Shown here one piece after another: positions 39,206-49,016 of a stretch of DNA of 60,813 nucleotides. The first letter of the stretch is position 1. Every line of letters starts with the position of its first letter. Both the position numbers and the translations under genes were made by a program. The notes below the pieces were generated by a model. The model ran no database searches, was not told the DNA's origin, and saw only the letters and a program-made list of their open reading frames with translations. Source of the DNA: Candidatus Hadarchaeum sp. (GTDB lineage: Archaea; Hadarchaeota; Hadarchaeia; Hadarchaeales; Hadarchaeaceae); assembly GCF_038871235.1 (NCBI RefSeq), contig NZ_JAVZIN010000010.1, forward strand, positions 1 through 60,813. The letters are read 5' to 3'.

Positions 39206-40711
39206 TTAGGCTGATAGTTGCGCCGATGTCGGAGATTTTTTCTCCTGCCTAAGCAGCTCCCAGTAATGAAGGTTGTGGATGCATCCGGGGTCTGGGGCCC
39301 GCACATCACCGTAGTATCCATAAGCTCTGGCCCGGCACCCGCCACAGATGTACTTATGTTCACACTGACCGCACCCCTCCAAGGCATCTCGATTTCTCAG
39401 CTTCCAAAGTATCTCCGACGAGTGCCAGATTTCACGCAAGCTATCCTTTCTTATGTTGCCGAGCTTTATGGGCATGAATACGCAGGGGGTAATGTCGCCG
39501 TTGGGCTCTAGGCCGCAGTACAATCTCCCGGCCCCGCATCCGCCCAAGAATTCCGCGAGGCTTTTAGTTCTGCCCTGTAGCGCTTCTATCGCACCTTTGT
39601 TGGTGAAGTGGGTAGCTACCAACGGTGCCGATTCATCACCAAAGGCGTATTTCCACGAGATGGTGGAGTACTGTGGCGCGGTGGAGTAACAGATCAGCCT
39701 GCAGTTGTTGTCCATCATTCGTTTGTAAAGGTATTCCAGAAGCTCCTGTCTTTCCTCAGGGCTCAGGTCTTGGTAGATAATTTCCTTACCTCTTCCGGTC
39801 GGCACATAGTTAAATATAATTACCCTTTTGACGCCCAGTTCTTTTTCAGCGAAGTCGACTAGGTTTGGGATTTCGTGAAGATTGTACCGAGTGGCTGTCA
39901 GAGCGACGCAGGTGTCGATTCCTTCCGCCACGCAGTTCTTGATCCCCTCACAGGTGCGCTTCCAGGCACCAGGGACGCCGCGGAACTTGTCGTGGGCGGC
40001 TTCGAATCCATCCAAGGAGATTTCGACGTAGCCGAAGACTTCCTTCATCCTTTTCGCTAGGTCTCGGGTGATCAGCGTCCCGTTTGTGGCGACACTAGTG
40101 TAAAAGCCATGGCTTTTCGCATAACCGGCTACTTCAAAGATATCTTTTCTCATCAGCGGCTCGCCACCGGAGAAAGCTATGGCTACCACACCGACTTCCT
40201 CGAATTCATCGATGACTTTTTTTGCCTCCTCAGTGGTCAACTCGTCTTCCATTGCCTTAGGACCGGCACTTTCGTAGCAATGTTCGCAGCGCAGGTTACA
40301 AAGCTTGGTATAGTTCCACACCACAAGGAAAGGAGCCACCGAGGTGAAAGGGCGGCGAGTACCATAGCGTGCAATGCCCTCGAGCACATTTACCATTCCG
40401 CGTCTTATCAGGGGGTCGGAAAGATTTTCTTTCAGGTTAGTGCTAGAATAGCCAAAGGCGCTGGCACCATGGTCAAGTACAAATTTGACCACAATGGAGG
40501 CGATGGTGTCTCGAACGTCGCATTTGATATTTTCCCCCATGTATTTGCGGATGGCGATATCGAGCCGGTTTCCACCGTGCTTGCTTTTACCACAAACGAG
40601 TTTTAGCATGTTTCTGGCGACCGGATTGTCAAGCCACCTTTGCACGGACTCGATGATGGCATCCTCAGTTCTGATTTCAGACCCAATAGCTGGGCCCACA
40701 CCAGAAACCAT
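39206..40711 (-). CDS. Radical SAM/SPASM protein with N-terminal extension
   Basis: CNLRCEHC, GGEP, GCGAG...PCVF, CGQC...ICGGCRARAY...DPGC. Confidence 0.85.
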   Translation of the reverse strand: MVSGVGPAIGSEIRTEDAIIESVQRWLDNPVARNMLKLVCGKSKHGGNRLDIAIRKYMGENIKCDVRDTIASIVVKFVLDHGASAFGYSSTNLKENLSDPLIRRGMVNVLEGIARYGTRRPFTSVAPFLVVWNYTKLCNLRCEHCYESAGPKAMEDELTTEEAKKVIDEFEEVGVVAIAFSGGEPLMRKDIFEVAGYAKSHGFYTSVATNGTLITRDLAKRMKEVFGYVEISLDGFEAAHDKFRGVPGAWKRTCEGIKNCVAEGIDTCVALTATRYNLHEIPNLVDFAEKELGVKRVIIFNYVPTGRGKEIIYQDLSPEERQELLEYLYKRMMDNNCRLICYSTAPQYSTISWKYAFGDESAPLVATHFTNKGAIEALQGRTKSLAEFLGGCGAGRLYCGLEPNGDITPCVFMPIKLGNIRKDSLREIWHSSEILWKLRNRDALEGCGQCEHKYICGGCRARAYGYYGDVRAPDPGCIHNLHYWELLRQEKKSPTSAQLSA

Positions 40712-40971
40712 AAAAACCCCTCGAAAGGTTTTATGTGATTTATAAAATAAAACATTACCCTATAGAAGTTTTTAAATCGACACCTTTAAATAACAGTGTT
40801 AACACAATATCTGTCGAAGTCAGATTCGACGGTCGCGCTAATACCAGGCGGCACTGCCGAGACGATGAAGAAAGAAATAGAATGAGGCAAGATTGCTTTT
40901 TGCCGTTGATATGTCACCTCCAACTTAGTCGGTGCGGCTGGCCGCCTGGTATTAAGGATTAGTTTTGGAGT

Positions 40972-41910
40972 TTAAAGTAGTCCAAACAGACCGATGTAGA
41001 TAACGCTCAGTATAATGATGAGCACCGGCAATAGGTTTTGCATTTTGGCCTCGAATTTCTCCGCCTGCTCCACTTTTCCGGATTCCACTAGCCTCATCCC
41101 TTGGACGGAGACCAAGAGATTGTAGAGGAAAACAGTGTAAACCACCAACATTATTCTGTCAAATAGGGTCAGGTAACCGAGTGCGGGCAACCCGCTTAAG
41201 GCGGCGATGTGATAGGCAACCGCGGACATCAGCGTTGAGACACAGATACCAACCCTCTGTCCGAAGTTTTTAATTGAAATGGCAAAGGTGAGCAGAGAGA
41301 TTAACGTGATGATGATAATCGGGAGGAAATTCTTGAGTACAGCTGAAATTTTGGAACGGTAGACGGTCAGGCCAAAGGTAACTTGAGAATAGCTTTCGTC
41401 TGGGTAGGCGTGTTCGGTCACGAAGATTCGGAAGTCCTTCACATCCCAGCCAGCAACAGTTAGATTAGGATCGGTGCCGCTCTCTTCAATATCAGGCTCA
41501 AAAACTAATTCTGTGATGTTGTGATTTTTATCTTCGAGCGAGACTGAAAGGAAGTGCTCGTCCAGGGGAAAATCCCTGAAATCAAATGGCTCAACGTATG
41601 CTCCCCTCACCCTATACTCCAGATAGTTTTCCGCCTCTCGCTCTTCCTCAACGATAAGGTCCATTCTTGGCGTGCCTCGAAGGAACTCTATGTCAGGCTT
41701 GATGTCTTGATACTTGAACCAAAGATAGAAGTCGACGGTGAATGTCTGCGCCGGTGTGTCGACCTTCTCAATTGAGTTTATCCAAACACCGACCTTGACC
41801 ACACTTGCCCCAGCTTCGTTTTTTGAACAGCCCGGAGGGATGAAGGCAAGGCTAAGCAGAAGGATAAGAACTAGTGATGCCAGCAGCAGTTTTGCTTTCA
41901 CGGAATTCAC
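40972..41910 (-). CDS. Pentameric ligand-gated ion channel (GLIC/ELIC-like)
   Basis: Signal peptide; FTVDFYLW, FDFRDFPLD Pro-loop, GW, four TMs, LP..GYLT.FD M2-M3 loop. Confidence 0.78.
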   Translation of the reverse strand: MNSVKAKLLLASLVLILLLSLAFIPPGCSKNEAGASVVKVGVWINSIEKVDTPAQTFTVDFYLWFKYQDIKPDIEFLRGTPRMDLIVEEEREAENYLEYRVRGAYVEPFDFRDFPLDEHFLSVSLEDKNHNITELVFEPDIEESGTDPNLTVAGWDVKDFRIFVTEHAYPDESYSQVTFGLTVYRSKISAVLKNFLPIIIITLISLLTFAISIKNFGQRVGICVSTLMSAVAYHIAALSGLPALGYLTLFDRIMLVVYTVFLYNLLVSVQGMRLVESGKVEQAEKFEAKMQNLLPVLIIILSVIYIGLFGLL

Positions 41911-42012
41911 CTGCTCTTTTTACTGGCAATTTGGATTTTTAAATTTGTCGCGTTCTTTAAGAAACCATTTAAAAAATAATCGGATTACTTTAAAGCAACC
42001 GGGGCGATTTTT

Positions 42013-43352
42013 CTGAAGTACAAATGGACAGTTCTCACAGTTACCACGATAGGGATGCTGATGTTCGGCATTAACTCTAGGATAGTGATCGTCGGTCTGC
42101 CGCAGGTTGCTGCTGCCTTAAACGCCGATGCCGAGCAAGCGATTTGGTTCACGCAGGCATACATGTTTGCCAGCACGGTGGCGTTATTCCTTCTCGGCAG
42201 GGCCTCGGACATTTTTGGGCGGGTAAAAATCTATGTACCTGTTTTTGCGCTCTTCACCCTTGGGGCCCTGCTTTCGGGGCTCTCCTCAAACCTGGTTCAG
42301 GTGATCGTTTTTCGAGCTTGGATTTTTTCTTGGCCTGAATCAGAGTGCTTTTAGACTAGGTGCTATGCTCGGCCTGACTTTGGAGTTTTGCTCGCTCTCT
42401 TGGACTGGAGAGCGCTGTTTTTCATCAATGTTCCAATAGGCATCTTCGGGACAATTTGGGCAAGCAGAAGGCTTAAGGAGGTGGCTAAGGTGGAAAAACG
42501 GACTTCGATAGATTGGGGTGGTTTTGTAACAGTTTCTGCAGCCATAGCTTCGCTTCTTTTTGCACTTACCTTCGCGGCCTACGGAATGGCCCACTAGAAC
42601 ACCGTTTTGTTGTTTGTCGTATTTTTTGCGGTGGTTATGATCGTATTTTTCATGCATGAGAGTCATGCCGAGTACCCATTGTTTGACTTGAGCCTGCTGA
42701 GAATACGGGAGTTCTTGGGAGGCAATCTCGCGCAGTTGCTGAACGCGGCGGCTTGGGGCGCGGTCTTGCTGTTGCTCAGCCTTTACAACTAGTTTTGGGC
42801 CTCAGCCCGTTTGAGGCTGGGGTGAGGTCGATCCCTTTTGAGATAACCTATTTTGTCGTCGGGGTTATCAGCGGAAAGCTCTCAGACAAATTCGGCTGCT
42901 TATCCTTCACGACATCCGGTCTGTCTGTGACCAGCTTGTCATTATTTTTATTCTCGACCATGGATGCTCAGACGCCTTATCAAACGGTGGTCGGCTACAT
43001 GCTGGTCTTCGGGATAGGTATGGGTGTTTTTGCTTCCCACAATGTGAGTTCGATAATGCGCTGCGTTCCCCTAGAGAGGAAGGGAATTGGCTCGGCGTTC
43101 AGGACCACAATGTTCAATGTTGGTTATCTGATGAGCCTGAGTTTGGCCGTTCTGTTGATGAGCCTGACAATTCCGTATGATCAGCTGACCCAGATAGTCA
43201 CCTCCATTGACCCGATTTCAATCAGCTTATCTGACAGACAGCTTTTCGTTGAGGCCATGCAAAAGACGTGTCTTGGACTGGCCGTTCTGAATACGCTCGC
43301 CATTATTCCCTCAATATTGAGAGGCATGGGGAACCGAAGCAGGTCGAGTTGA
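42013..43352 (+). pseudogene. Fragmented MFS (DHA2/EmrB-like) transporter
   Basis: KWTVLTVTT, GRASDIFGR, WRALFFINVPIG and GKLSDKFG spread over four ORF pieces; apparent deletion near 42320, frameshifts near 42380 and 42787, in-frame TAG at 42595. Confidence 0.85.
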
Positions 43353-43373
43353 TCATGAATTGTGATAAACTGT

Positions 43374-43468
43374 TGGTGGGGTCGCCGAGATTTGAACTCG
43401 GGTCACGAGCTTTTCTGCGCCTGAGCGACCCAAAGCTCGCAGGATAGACCAAGCTACCCCACGACCCC
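43374..43468 (-). tRNA. tRNA-Pro(UGG) with canonical 37/38 intron (43412-43428), CCA encoded
   Basis: Minus strand: GGGGTCG...CGAGC-TTTGGG|intron|A-GCTCG...TTCAAAT...CGACCCCACCA; BHB formed. Confidence 0.9.
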
Positions 43469-43485
43469 GCTTCATATTTGAAGGT

Positions 43486-43815
43486 TTATTTTAAGAGATT
43501 GTCCCTGTTGGTCCTCTTAATTTCAGTGAGGCCGTCTTTATCCCCAAGAGTTTCAAAGCCATGCCTCTGATACCAATTAACCCGCTCTTTGAAGACGCTG
43601 GCGAATAGATCTCGTCCGCTGAAGTCTTCTATCACTCGTCTGAGCAGTGCGGTCCCGATCCCCAGCCCTCTGTGGGAACTTCCCACGTTTATCTCCTTAA
43701 GGTAAACAAAGTCCCTTTTTTCTACCACGACTGCAAAGCCCACGACTGAGCAGCCATAGTCGTCCCAGCACTCATATCGGTGCACGCCATTTTCCATCGT
43801 ATGTTCTATCTGCAT
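43486..43815 (-). CDS. GNAT family N-acetyltransferase
   Basis: HRGLGIGTALL acetyl-CoA motif, WYQRHGF. Confidence 0.82.
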   Translation of the reverse strand: MQIEHTMENGVHRYECWDDYGCSVVGFAVVVEKRDFVYLKEINVGSSHRGLGIGTALLRRVIEDFSGRDLFASVFKERVNWYQRHGFETLGDKDGLTEIKRTNRDNLLK

Positions 43816-44062
43816 AGGGGTCAAGGCACTTAGGCGGCAATATATAAAAAGTTATTCTTGGTTGAGCCTGTCGGCGTTGTAACACCGGATCCGCTAGCGC
43901 CAAGAGCTAGGCCCGCCCGCGCTTGTCCCAGCGCAATTTCTTTTCCCCCGCTCGAGGATTCACCTTTTCGCTCCCGAACGTAGATTGAAAGTTAGCGATT
44001 TTCGAGTTTACGAAATAATGATGCTAAAAATAACTTTAATTCAGAAAAGAAGGAAAAGGTCC

Positions 44063-44983
44063 CTAAAGCTCAACATCTAGCCCCAACTTCTCGCAAAGTT
44101 CCTTGTAGCGATTCCTCACTGTGACTTCAGTAACCCTCGCCACGTCTGCCACGTCCCGTTGCGTCCTGCGCTCGCCCATCAGCACGCTCGCGATATAGAT
44201 GGCCGCGGCCGCAACTCCCGTCGGACCCCGGCCGGAGGTTAATCCTTTCTTTTGCGCTTCCTTGAGCAGTTCTATAGCCTTTGACTGCACTGCCCCGCTC
44301 AAGCCTAGGTCTGATCCGAACCTCGGGATGTAGTCGATGGGGCTGGTCGGTCTCAGATGGATGAGGAGCTCACGGGCGATGAAGCGGTAGCTCCTCCCGA
44401 TCTCCTTCTTGCTGACGCGCGAAACCTCGGCGATCTCATCCAGCGTTCTGGGAACTTTGCTTTCGCGGCAGGCCGCATAAAGCGCCGCCGCCGCAACCCC
44501 TTCGATAGACCGTCCGCGGATCAACCTCTCTTCCACAGCTTTTCTGTAGATGAGGGCAGCTGCTTCCCTCACGTTTCTTGGCAGGTTGAGATGAGAAGCC
44601 ATGCGGTCAATTTCTGAGAGAGCAAAAGCTAGGTTTCTCTCGGTGGCGTCAGAGACCCTGATTCTCCTTTGCCATTTCCTTAGCCGATAAATTTGGGCCC
44701 GGCGCTTCGGCGTCAAGTCCTTTCCATGGGAGTCCCGGTCTCGCCAGTCAATCATCGTCGACAGCCCCTTGTCGTGGATCGTCAGCGTCATTGGTGCCCC
44801 AACCCTGCCCCGACGCTCTCTCTGTTCTTGGTCAAAAGCGCGCCACTCCGGACCCATATCCATAATCTTGGCATGAATGACATAGCCGCAGCTGGCGCAG
44901 ACCAGCTCCGCTCGCTCGTAGTCGCGCACCAGCTTAGTGCTTCCGCACTCGGGGCACTTTTTCTGACTTTCCACCTTTTGCAT
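44063..44983 (-). CDS. tfb: Transcription initiation factor IIB
   Basis: CPECG zinc ribbon, [30 protein letters not shown]. Confidence 0.96.
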   Translation of the reverse strand: MQKVESQKKCPECGSTKLVRDYERAELVCASCGYVIHAKIMDMGPEWRAFDQEQRERRGRVGAPMTLTIHDKGLSTMIDWRDRDSHGKDLTPKRRAQIYRLRKWQRRIRVSDATERNLAFALSEIDRMASHLNLPRNVREAAALIYRKAVEERLIRGRSIEGVAAAALYAACRESKVPRTLDEIAEVSRVSKKEIGRSYRFIARELLIHLRPTSPIDYIPRFGSDLGLSGAVQSKAIELLKEAQKKGLTSGRGPTGVAAAAIYIASVLMGERRTQRDVADVARVTEVTVRNRYKELCEKLGLDVEL

Positions 44984-45215
44984 GCGGCTCCCCCACATAT
45001 ACTTCTGTACCGACCAGCCGATTGAGTTCAGACTTTATCTCTGAGGCTGGTTTTATAGTGAAGTATGGTGATCTCACCGGCCCGAAGATGTCGACCACGT
45101 TGCCTATCCTCCTTTTTGAGGAGTCTAGGACGATCTGGCCCATTTTTGGGGCTTGGTCACCACGGGCAATTAGTCCCCTAGGTCTGATGTGCAGTATCTT
45201 GGCAGTTAGGACCAA
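44934..45215 (-). CDS. gar1: H/ACA RNP component Gar1/Naf1
   Basis: [15 protein letters not shown]; gar1-tfb adjacency is common in archaea. Confidence 0.85.
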   Translation of the reverse strand: MVLTAKILHIRPRGLIARGDQAPKMGQIVLDSSKRRIGNVVDIFGPVRSPYFTIKPASEIKSELNRLVGTEVYVGEPHAKGGKSEKVPRVRKH

Positions 45216-45254
45216 AATTATCCCTCAAAAACCTTTTAAGTAGTCAAATTATCC

Positions 45255-45271
45255 TATATATAAACTTTTCG
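45255..45271 (-). promoter_or_regulatory. BRE + TATA box upstream of gar1-tfb
   Basis: Minus strand CGAAAAG-TTTATATATA about 40 nt before the gar1 start. Confidence 0.6.
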
Positions 45272-45293
45272 TAATGTTTTTATTTTGATTTTT

Positions 45294-45710
45294 TTACCCC
45301 ACGTAGCTGGGTCTTTCCCGGTCCTCCTTATGGGGTGGCTGCAGGCTGGGCATTGGTATCGGCGGCGGAATGTTCAAAGATCTTGAAACCACGGTGGCTT
45401 CGACCAGCGAGGTGTTGGTTATCGCCTGTAACAAGAGTTGCGGAGGAGGCAGTTGTTTTTTGTAATCTTCATAAATTTTTTCGACTTCCGCGGGTTCGGC
45501 CAGAATAAGTGCTTGCCCCTTGATGTTTATCTGGGCCAGTGGGGGGCTATAGACAATGGTGACAACAAATGGCGCCGCTAGCCTATCTTCTTTTCTCTCC
45601 AGCCCAATGATATTTACATTAGTTGAGATGTGAACGCCAGCCGGAGCTGGTTTTTCCTGCTCCCAGAACCTCTCCGCTGAAATGTAGTTGATGCTCACTC
45701 GGACTTGCAA
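45294..45710 (-). CDS. Conserved archaeal hypothetical protein
   Basis: ISAERFW...INIKGQA...LNIPPPIP pattern; clean ORF downstream of tiaS. Confidence 0.65.
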   Translation of the reverse strand: MQVRVSINYISAERFWEQEKPAPAGVHISTNVNIIGLERKEDRLAAPFVVTIVYSPPLAQINIKGQALILAEPAEVEKIYEDYKKQLPPPQLLLQAITNTSLVEATVVSRSLNIPPPIPMPSLQPPHKEDRERPSYVG

Positions 45711-45742
45711 TCACTTCACCAGTTTAAAAATTGCCTTTTTTA

Positions 45743-47041
45743 CTATAAATCACCGCTGTTTTTGCCAGCGATTTCTCTGATCAGGGGCTTTGCTAGGTGC
45801 CTGCGGGCGCGAGGAGGAACTTCAAACTTTCCGGCACCTATTGCCCTTTCCACTCTTATTGTTTTTGCTGAACTTGCCGGAAGCTTTGTTTTGCACCGTT
45901 TGCAGGAGTACCCTTTATTTTTACCCTCCGACTTCATCCTTTTGCCGCAGCTCGGGCACCTTGGATTTTCCTTCCTAAAAAGTGGGGCTGCTTCTAACAC
46001 CTCGACTTTTTCCAGATTTATCGTTAGGGGCAGCTCGGGTTTTTCCTTTATGCCGCCGTAGACTCTTAGCCGATCTCCAATGATAAATTTTCTTACTTTG
46101 TCGCGAAACTGTCGCGTCGGCTCATAGGCAGCGCAATCTATTTCCCCAGTTTCGTCCTTCAACCTGAAAATCACATGACCACCAGGGATGGTTCGTGGAG
46201 CTTTGGATACAACGCCTTCAACGATAACAGACCAGTTTGGCTTGGCGTCAGCTATTTTTACCTTTCTCAGATGCTCATCGGTGCCTTGGTTGGTTTTATA
46301 GATAATTATCTGTTCAATCGGTTCCAACGCCCTAACCATTTTGCTGGCTTTTTTCACTGCTTGTGGTGTTTCACCCCGGATCCCGTAAAGTATTGGACAT
46401 GGTGTATGTGGAGTGATCCTGATTTCACCCGTGCTTGGATCTAGATTATCAAACGTGCTTGGGTAGGTTTTCCTGTTCATTTCCTCAACGGAAGACCGGT
46501 CGATTCTTCTCGGCGTCCCACGATTTTCAGGTATTCGATAGGCAATTAGTTCAAATGTCCAGTCATTTTCAAGGGCGTTTCCGATGGCGGCCAGCGCCCC
46601 CACGATACCCCGACCGAGCTTGAACTTGTGGACTTCAGCGCCGACTCTTTTGGCTAGTTCTTCGGCCTCCTCAATAGTGACTACGTCCTGGATGACTTTT
46701 TTTGAGAAGAACTTCATTTCCGGCGCAATTCTACTTCCTTGGTAAAAGACGACTCCGGGGTTGGTGGTCTCTACATGTAGTTCGGCCAGTTCCTCCACCG
46801 TTCTGAGAACGATTTCTTTGATGGTGGGAATTTGGTCCCTTTTTGCCGATATGGTAAAAGCGATGGAGCAGTTGCCCCTTGTTTTTATTTTCCAGTTGGG
46901 GTTGAGCCTGATCAGCTTTGGGTAGCCCTTTAACCTGAAGCCGAGTTTTTGTAGGCGCCTGATGGCAACTGCACCAACGTAGGTCGTGCACATACCCTGT
47001 TTCGAGTCGGTGTCGTCAATGCCGATGTGAAGGAGCACCAT
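45743..47041 (-). CDS. tiaS: tRNA(Ile2) 2-agmatinylcytidine synthetase
   Basis: IGIDDTDS..GMCTT, KTRGN, TNQGTD, AAYEPT, C-terminal zinc ribbon, RRHLAKP. Confidence 0.93.
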   Translation of the reverse strand: MVLLHIGIDDTDSKQGMCTTYVGAVAIRRLQKLGFRLKGYPKLIRLNPNWKIKTRGNCSIAFTISAKRDQIPTIKEIVLRTVEELAELHVETTNPGVVFYQGSRIAPEMKFFSKKVIQDVVTIEEAEELAKRVGAEVHKFKLGRGIVGALAAIGNALENDWTFELIAYRIPENRGTPRRIDRSSVEEMNRKTYPSTFDNLDPSTGEIRITPHTPCPILYGIRGETPQAVKKASKMVRALEPIEQIIIYKTNQGTDEHLRKVKIADAKPNWSVIVEGVVSKAPRTIPGGHVIFRLKDETGEIDCAAYEPTRQFRDKVRKFIIGDRLRVYGGIKEKPELPLTINLEKVEVLEAAPLFRKENPRCPSCGKRMKSEGKNKGYSCKRCKTKLPASSAKTIRVERAIGAGKFEVPPRARRHLAKPLIREIAGKNSGDL

Positions 47042-47161
47042 TTTCCCACCATAATTGCTATTTATTATCAAATAGACTGTTTGGCCCCGATTAATCGAAT
47101 CGGTTTAATTTGTTCAGGAGGTAAAACCTTATTGACATCGTTGATAAGGGAATTTGGTAAC

Positions 47162-49012
47162 ATGCCGACCAATCCATGGGGACAGTTCAAAGGTGATGTG
47201 ATTCGGGCGCTGGGGGAAGCTATTTCTCGGCTAGGTTGGCAGGTATCAGCTCCGCTTGATGCCACGCTTGAGGAGCCGCCGGACCTAAAACTGGGTGACA
47301 TTGCGACTAGGGTTTGCTTCGAGCTGGCTAAGTCGTACCGCAGGCCTCCCGCGGAGCTAGCAGCAGAGTTGGGTGGGGAAATAAGGCCTGAGGGATTGGT
47401 CGAAAGGATAGAGGTCGCGGGTAATTATGTTAACTTTTTTGTTGACGTTTCACAGCTGGCCGAACTCACCCTGCAAAGCATTGAAAAGTATGACTGCAGC
47501 TATGGTTTCTCTGACGTCGGCCGGGGCAAGAAGGTGCTGATAGAGCACACCAGCGTGAACCCAACCAAGCCACTTCACATAGGTCATGGCAGAAACGCCG
47601 TTATCGGAGATACCATGGCAAGACTGTTGCGGGCGCTGGGTTATCAGGTCGAGGTTCACAACTATATAGATGACATGGGTAGGCAGGTTGCTGAAACTCT
47701 TTTAGCCTATCGTCTCATCAAGGAGAAACCCAAGGCCAAGTTCGATCACATGCTTGGGCTGATCTACTCTGACATGCACGGACGGATTGAACGAGAGCCA
47801 GGGCTTGAGGAGGAGGTGCGCAGAATACTGGCTCGGCTTGAGCAGGGGGCCGGCGTTGACCCCAAGCAGGCGAGGCGTCTTTCGGAGAAATGTGTAAAGG
47901 CTAACCTTGAAACCACCGATCGATTGGGTATAAGCTATGATGTGCTGGTTTGGGAAAGCGACTTGGTCAGGTCAGGAATTTTGAACGAGACCCTGCAGAG
48001 ACTAAAGGGCACCAAATACTTGGTAGAGGGAGCCGGGGAGTACTCTGGTGCCCTAGTGCTGAAGCTTTCCGACTTTGGCCTTGAGGATAAAGTGCTGGTT
48101 CGATCAGATGGAACGGCTGTCTACACAATGAGAGATATAGCCTACCAACTCTGGAAGTTCGGGAAAACCAAGGCTGGGTTGAAATTTAAGTTGCATTCCA
48201 AGCGCCCCGATGGGACCAAGACTTATACAACCTCTTTGCGCGGTAGAAAAAATACAAGGTTTGGTCGGGCGGATATGGTCATTAACGTGGTCGGTGCCGA
48301 GCAGAGATTTCCCCAGCAAGTAGTCTTTAATTCACTAAGGGCACTTGGTCTTGAGAAGGAGTATGAGAACTCTTACCATCTCGCTTACGAACACGTTTGG
48401 TTGCCAAGTGGAAGATTCTCCGGAAGAAAGGGCACATGGATTGGTTTTACCGTTGATGACGTCGTCGAGGAAGCGGTGGCGAGATCACGAGCGGTGGTCG
48501 AGGAACACGCCCCCAGCGCCAGTGAGAGTTTCAAGCGCCGGGCAGCTGAATTTGTCGGCGTGGGCGCGGTAAGATATTCTTTGATCAGCACCTCTCCGGA
48601 AAAAAGGATAACTTTCAAGTGGGAGGAGGCCCTTAGCTTTGAGAGGAATAGTGGCCCGGCAGTGCAGTATTCCCATGCTAGGGCTTGCAGCATCCTCCGC
48701 AAGGCCAAGAGCTTTGAATTTAAACCCGTTAATAGCGCTTTTAAGCTGCCACAGGAGCAAAAGCTGGTCAGGCTCCTAGCTAAATTTCCTGAGGTTATAT
48801 TGGAAGCTGGTATAAGAAGGCAGCCACATCTGCCCGCCTTGTATGCGGCGGAACTTGCCTTGGCATTTAATACTTTTTATGAGGTGGCACCGGTTATCGA
48901 TGCCGAAACCCCTGAACTGCGAAACGCCCGCCTGCGATTGGTCAATGGTGTCCGTGTGGTTCTCAGGAATGTTCTCGAGCTGATGGGAATAAAGGCGCCT
49001 GAAAGGATGTGA
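47162..49012 (+). CDS. argS: Arginine-tRNA ligase
   Basis: EHTSVNPTKPLHIGHGRN, RSDGT, FSGRKG, QYSHARA, ends APERM. Confidence 0.95.
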   Translation: MPTNPWGQFKGDVIRALGEAISRLGWQVSAPLDATLEEPPDLKLGDIATRVCFELAKSYRRPPAELAAELGGEIRPEGLVERIEVAGNYVNFFVDVSQLAELTLQSIEKYDCSYGFSDVGRGKKVLIEHTSVNPTKPLHIGHGRNAVIGDTMARLLRALGYQVEVHNYIDDMGRQVAETLLAYRLIKEKPKAKFDHMLGLIYSDMHGRIEREPGLEEEVRRILARLEQGAGVDPKQARRLSEKCVKANLETTDRLGISYDVLVWESDLVRSGILNETLQRLKGTKYLVEGAGEYSGALVLKLSDFGLEDKVLVRSDGTAVYTMRDIAYQLWKFGKTKAGLKFKLHSKRPDGTKTYTTSLRGRKNTRFGRADMVINVVGAEQRFPQQVVFNSLRALGLEKEYENSYHLAYEHVWLPSGRFSGRKGTWIGFTVDDVVEEAVARSRAVVEEHAPSASESFKRRAAEFVGVGAVRYSLISTSPEKRITFKWEEALSFERNSGPAVQYSHARACSILRKAKSFEFKPVNSAFKLPQEQKLVRLLAKFPEVILEAGIRRQPHLPALYAAELALAFNTFYEVAPVIDAETPELRNARLRLVNGVRVVLRNVLELMGIKAPERM

Positions 49013-49016
49013 AAGG

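Noticed and set aside
40735-40962. 75-aa ORF as a RiPP precursor for the SPASM enzyme
   Set aside because: Opposite strand, overlaps the promoter region, and shows no RBS or leader/core pattern.
42595-42597. In-frame TAG in the MFS gene as possible pyrrolysine readthrough
   Set aside because: The same gene has frameshifts and an apparent deletion, the methyltransferases here do not use TAG, and no pyl genes are in the window; pseudogene is simpler.
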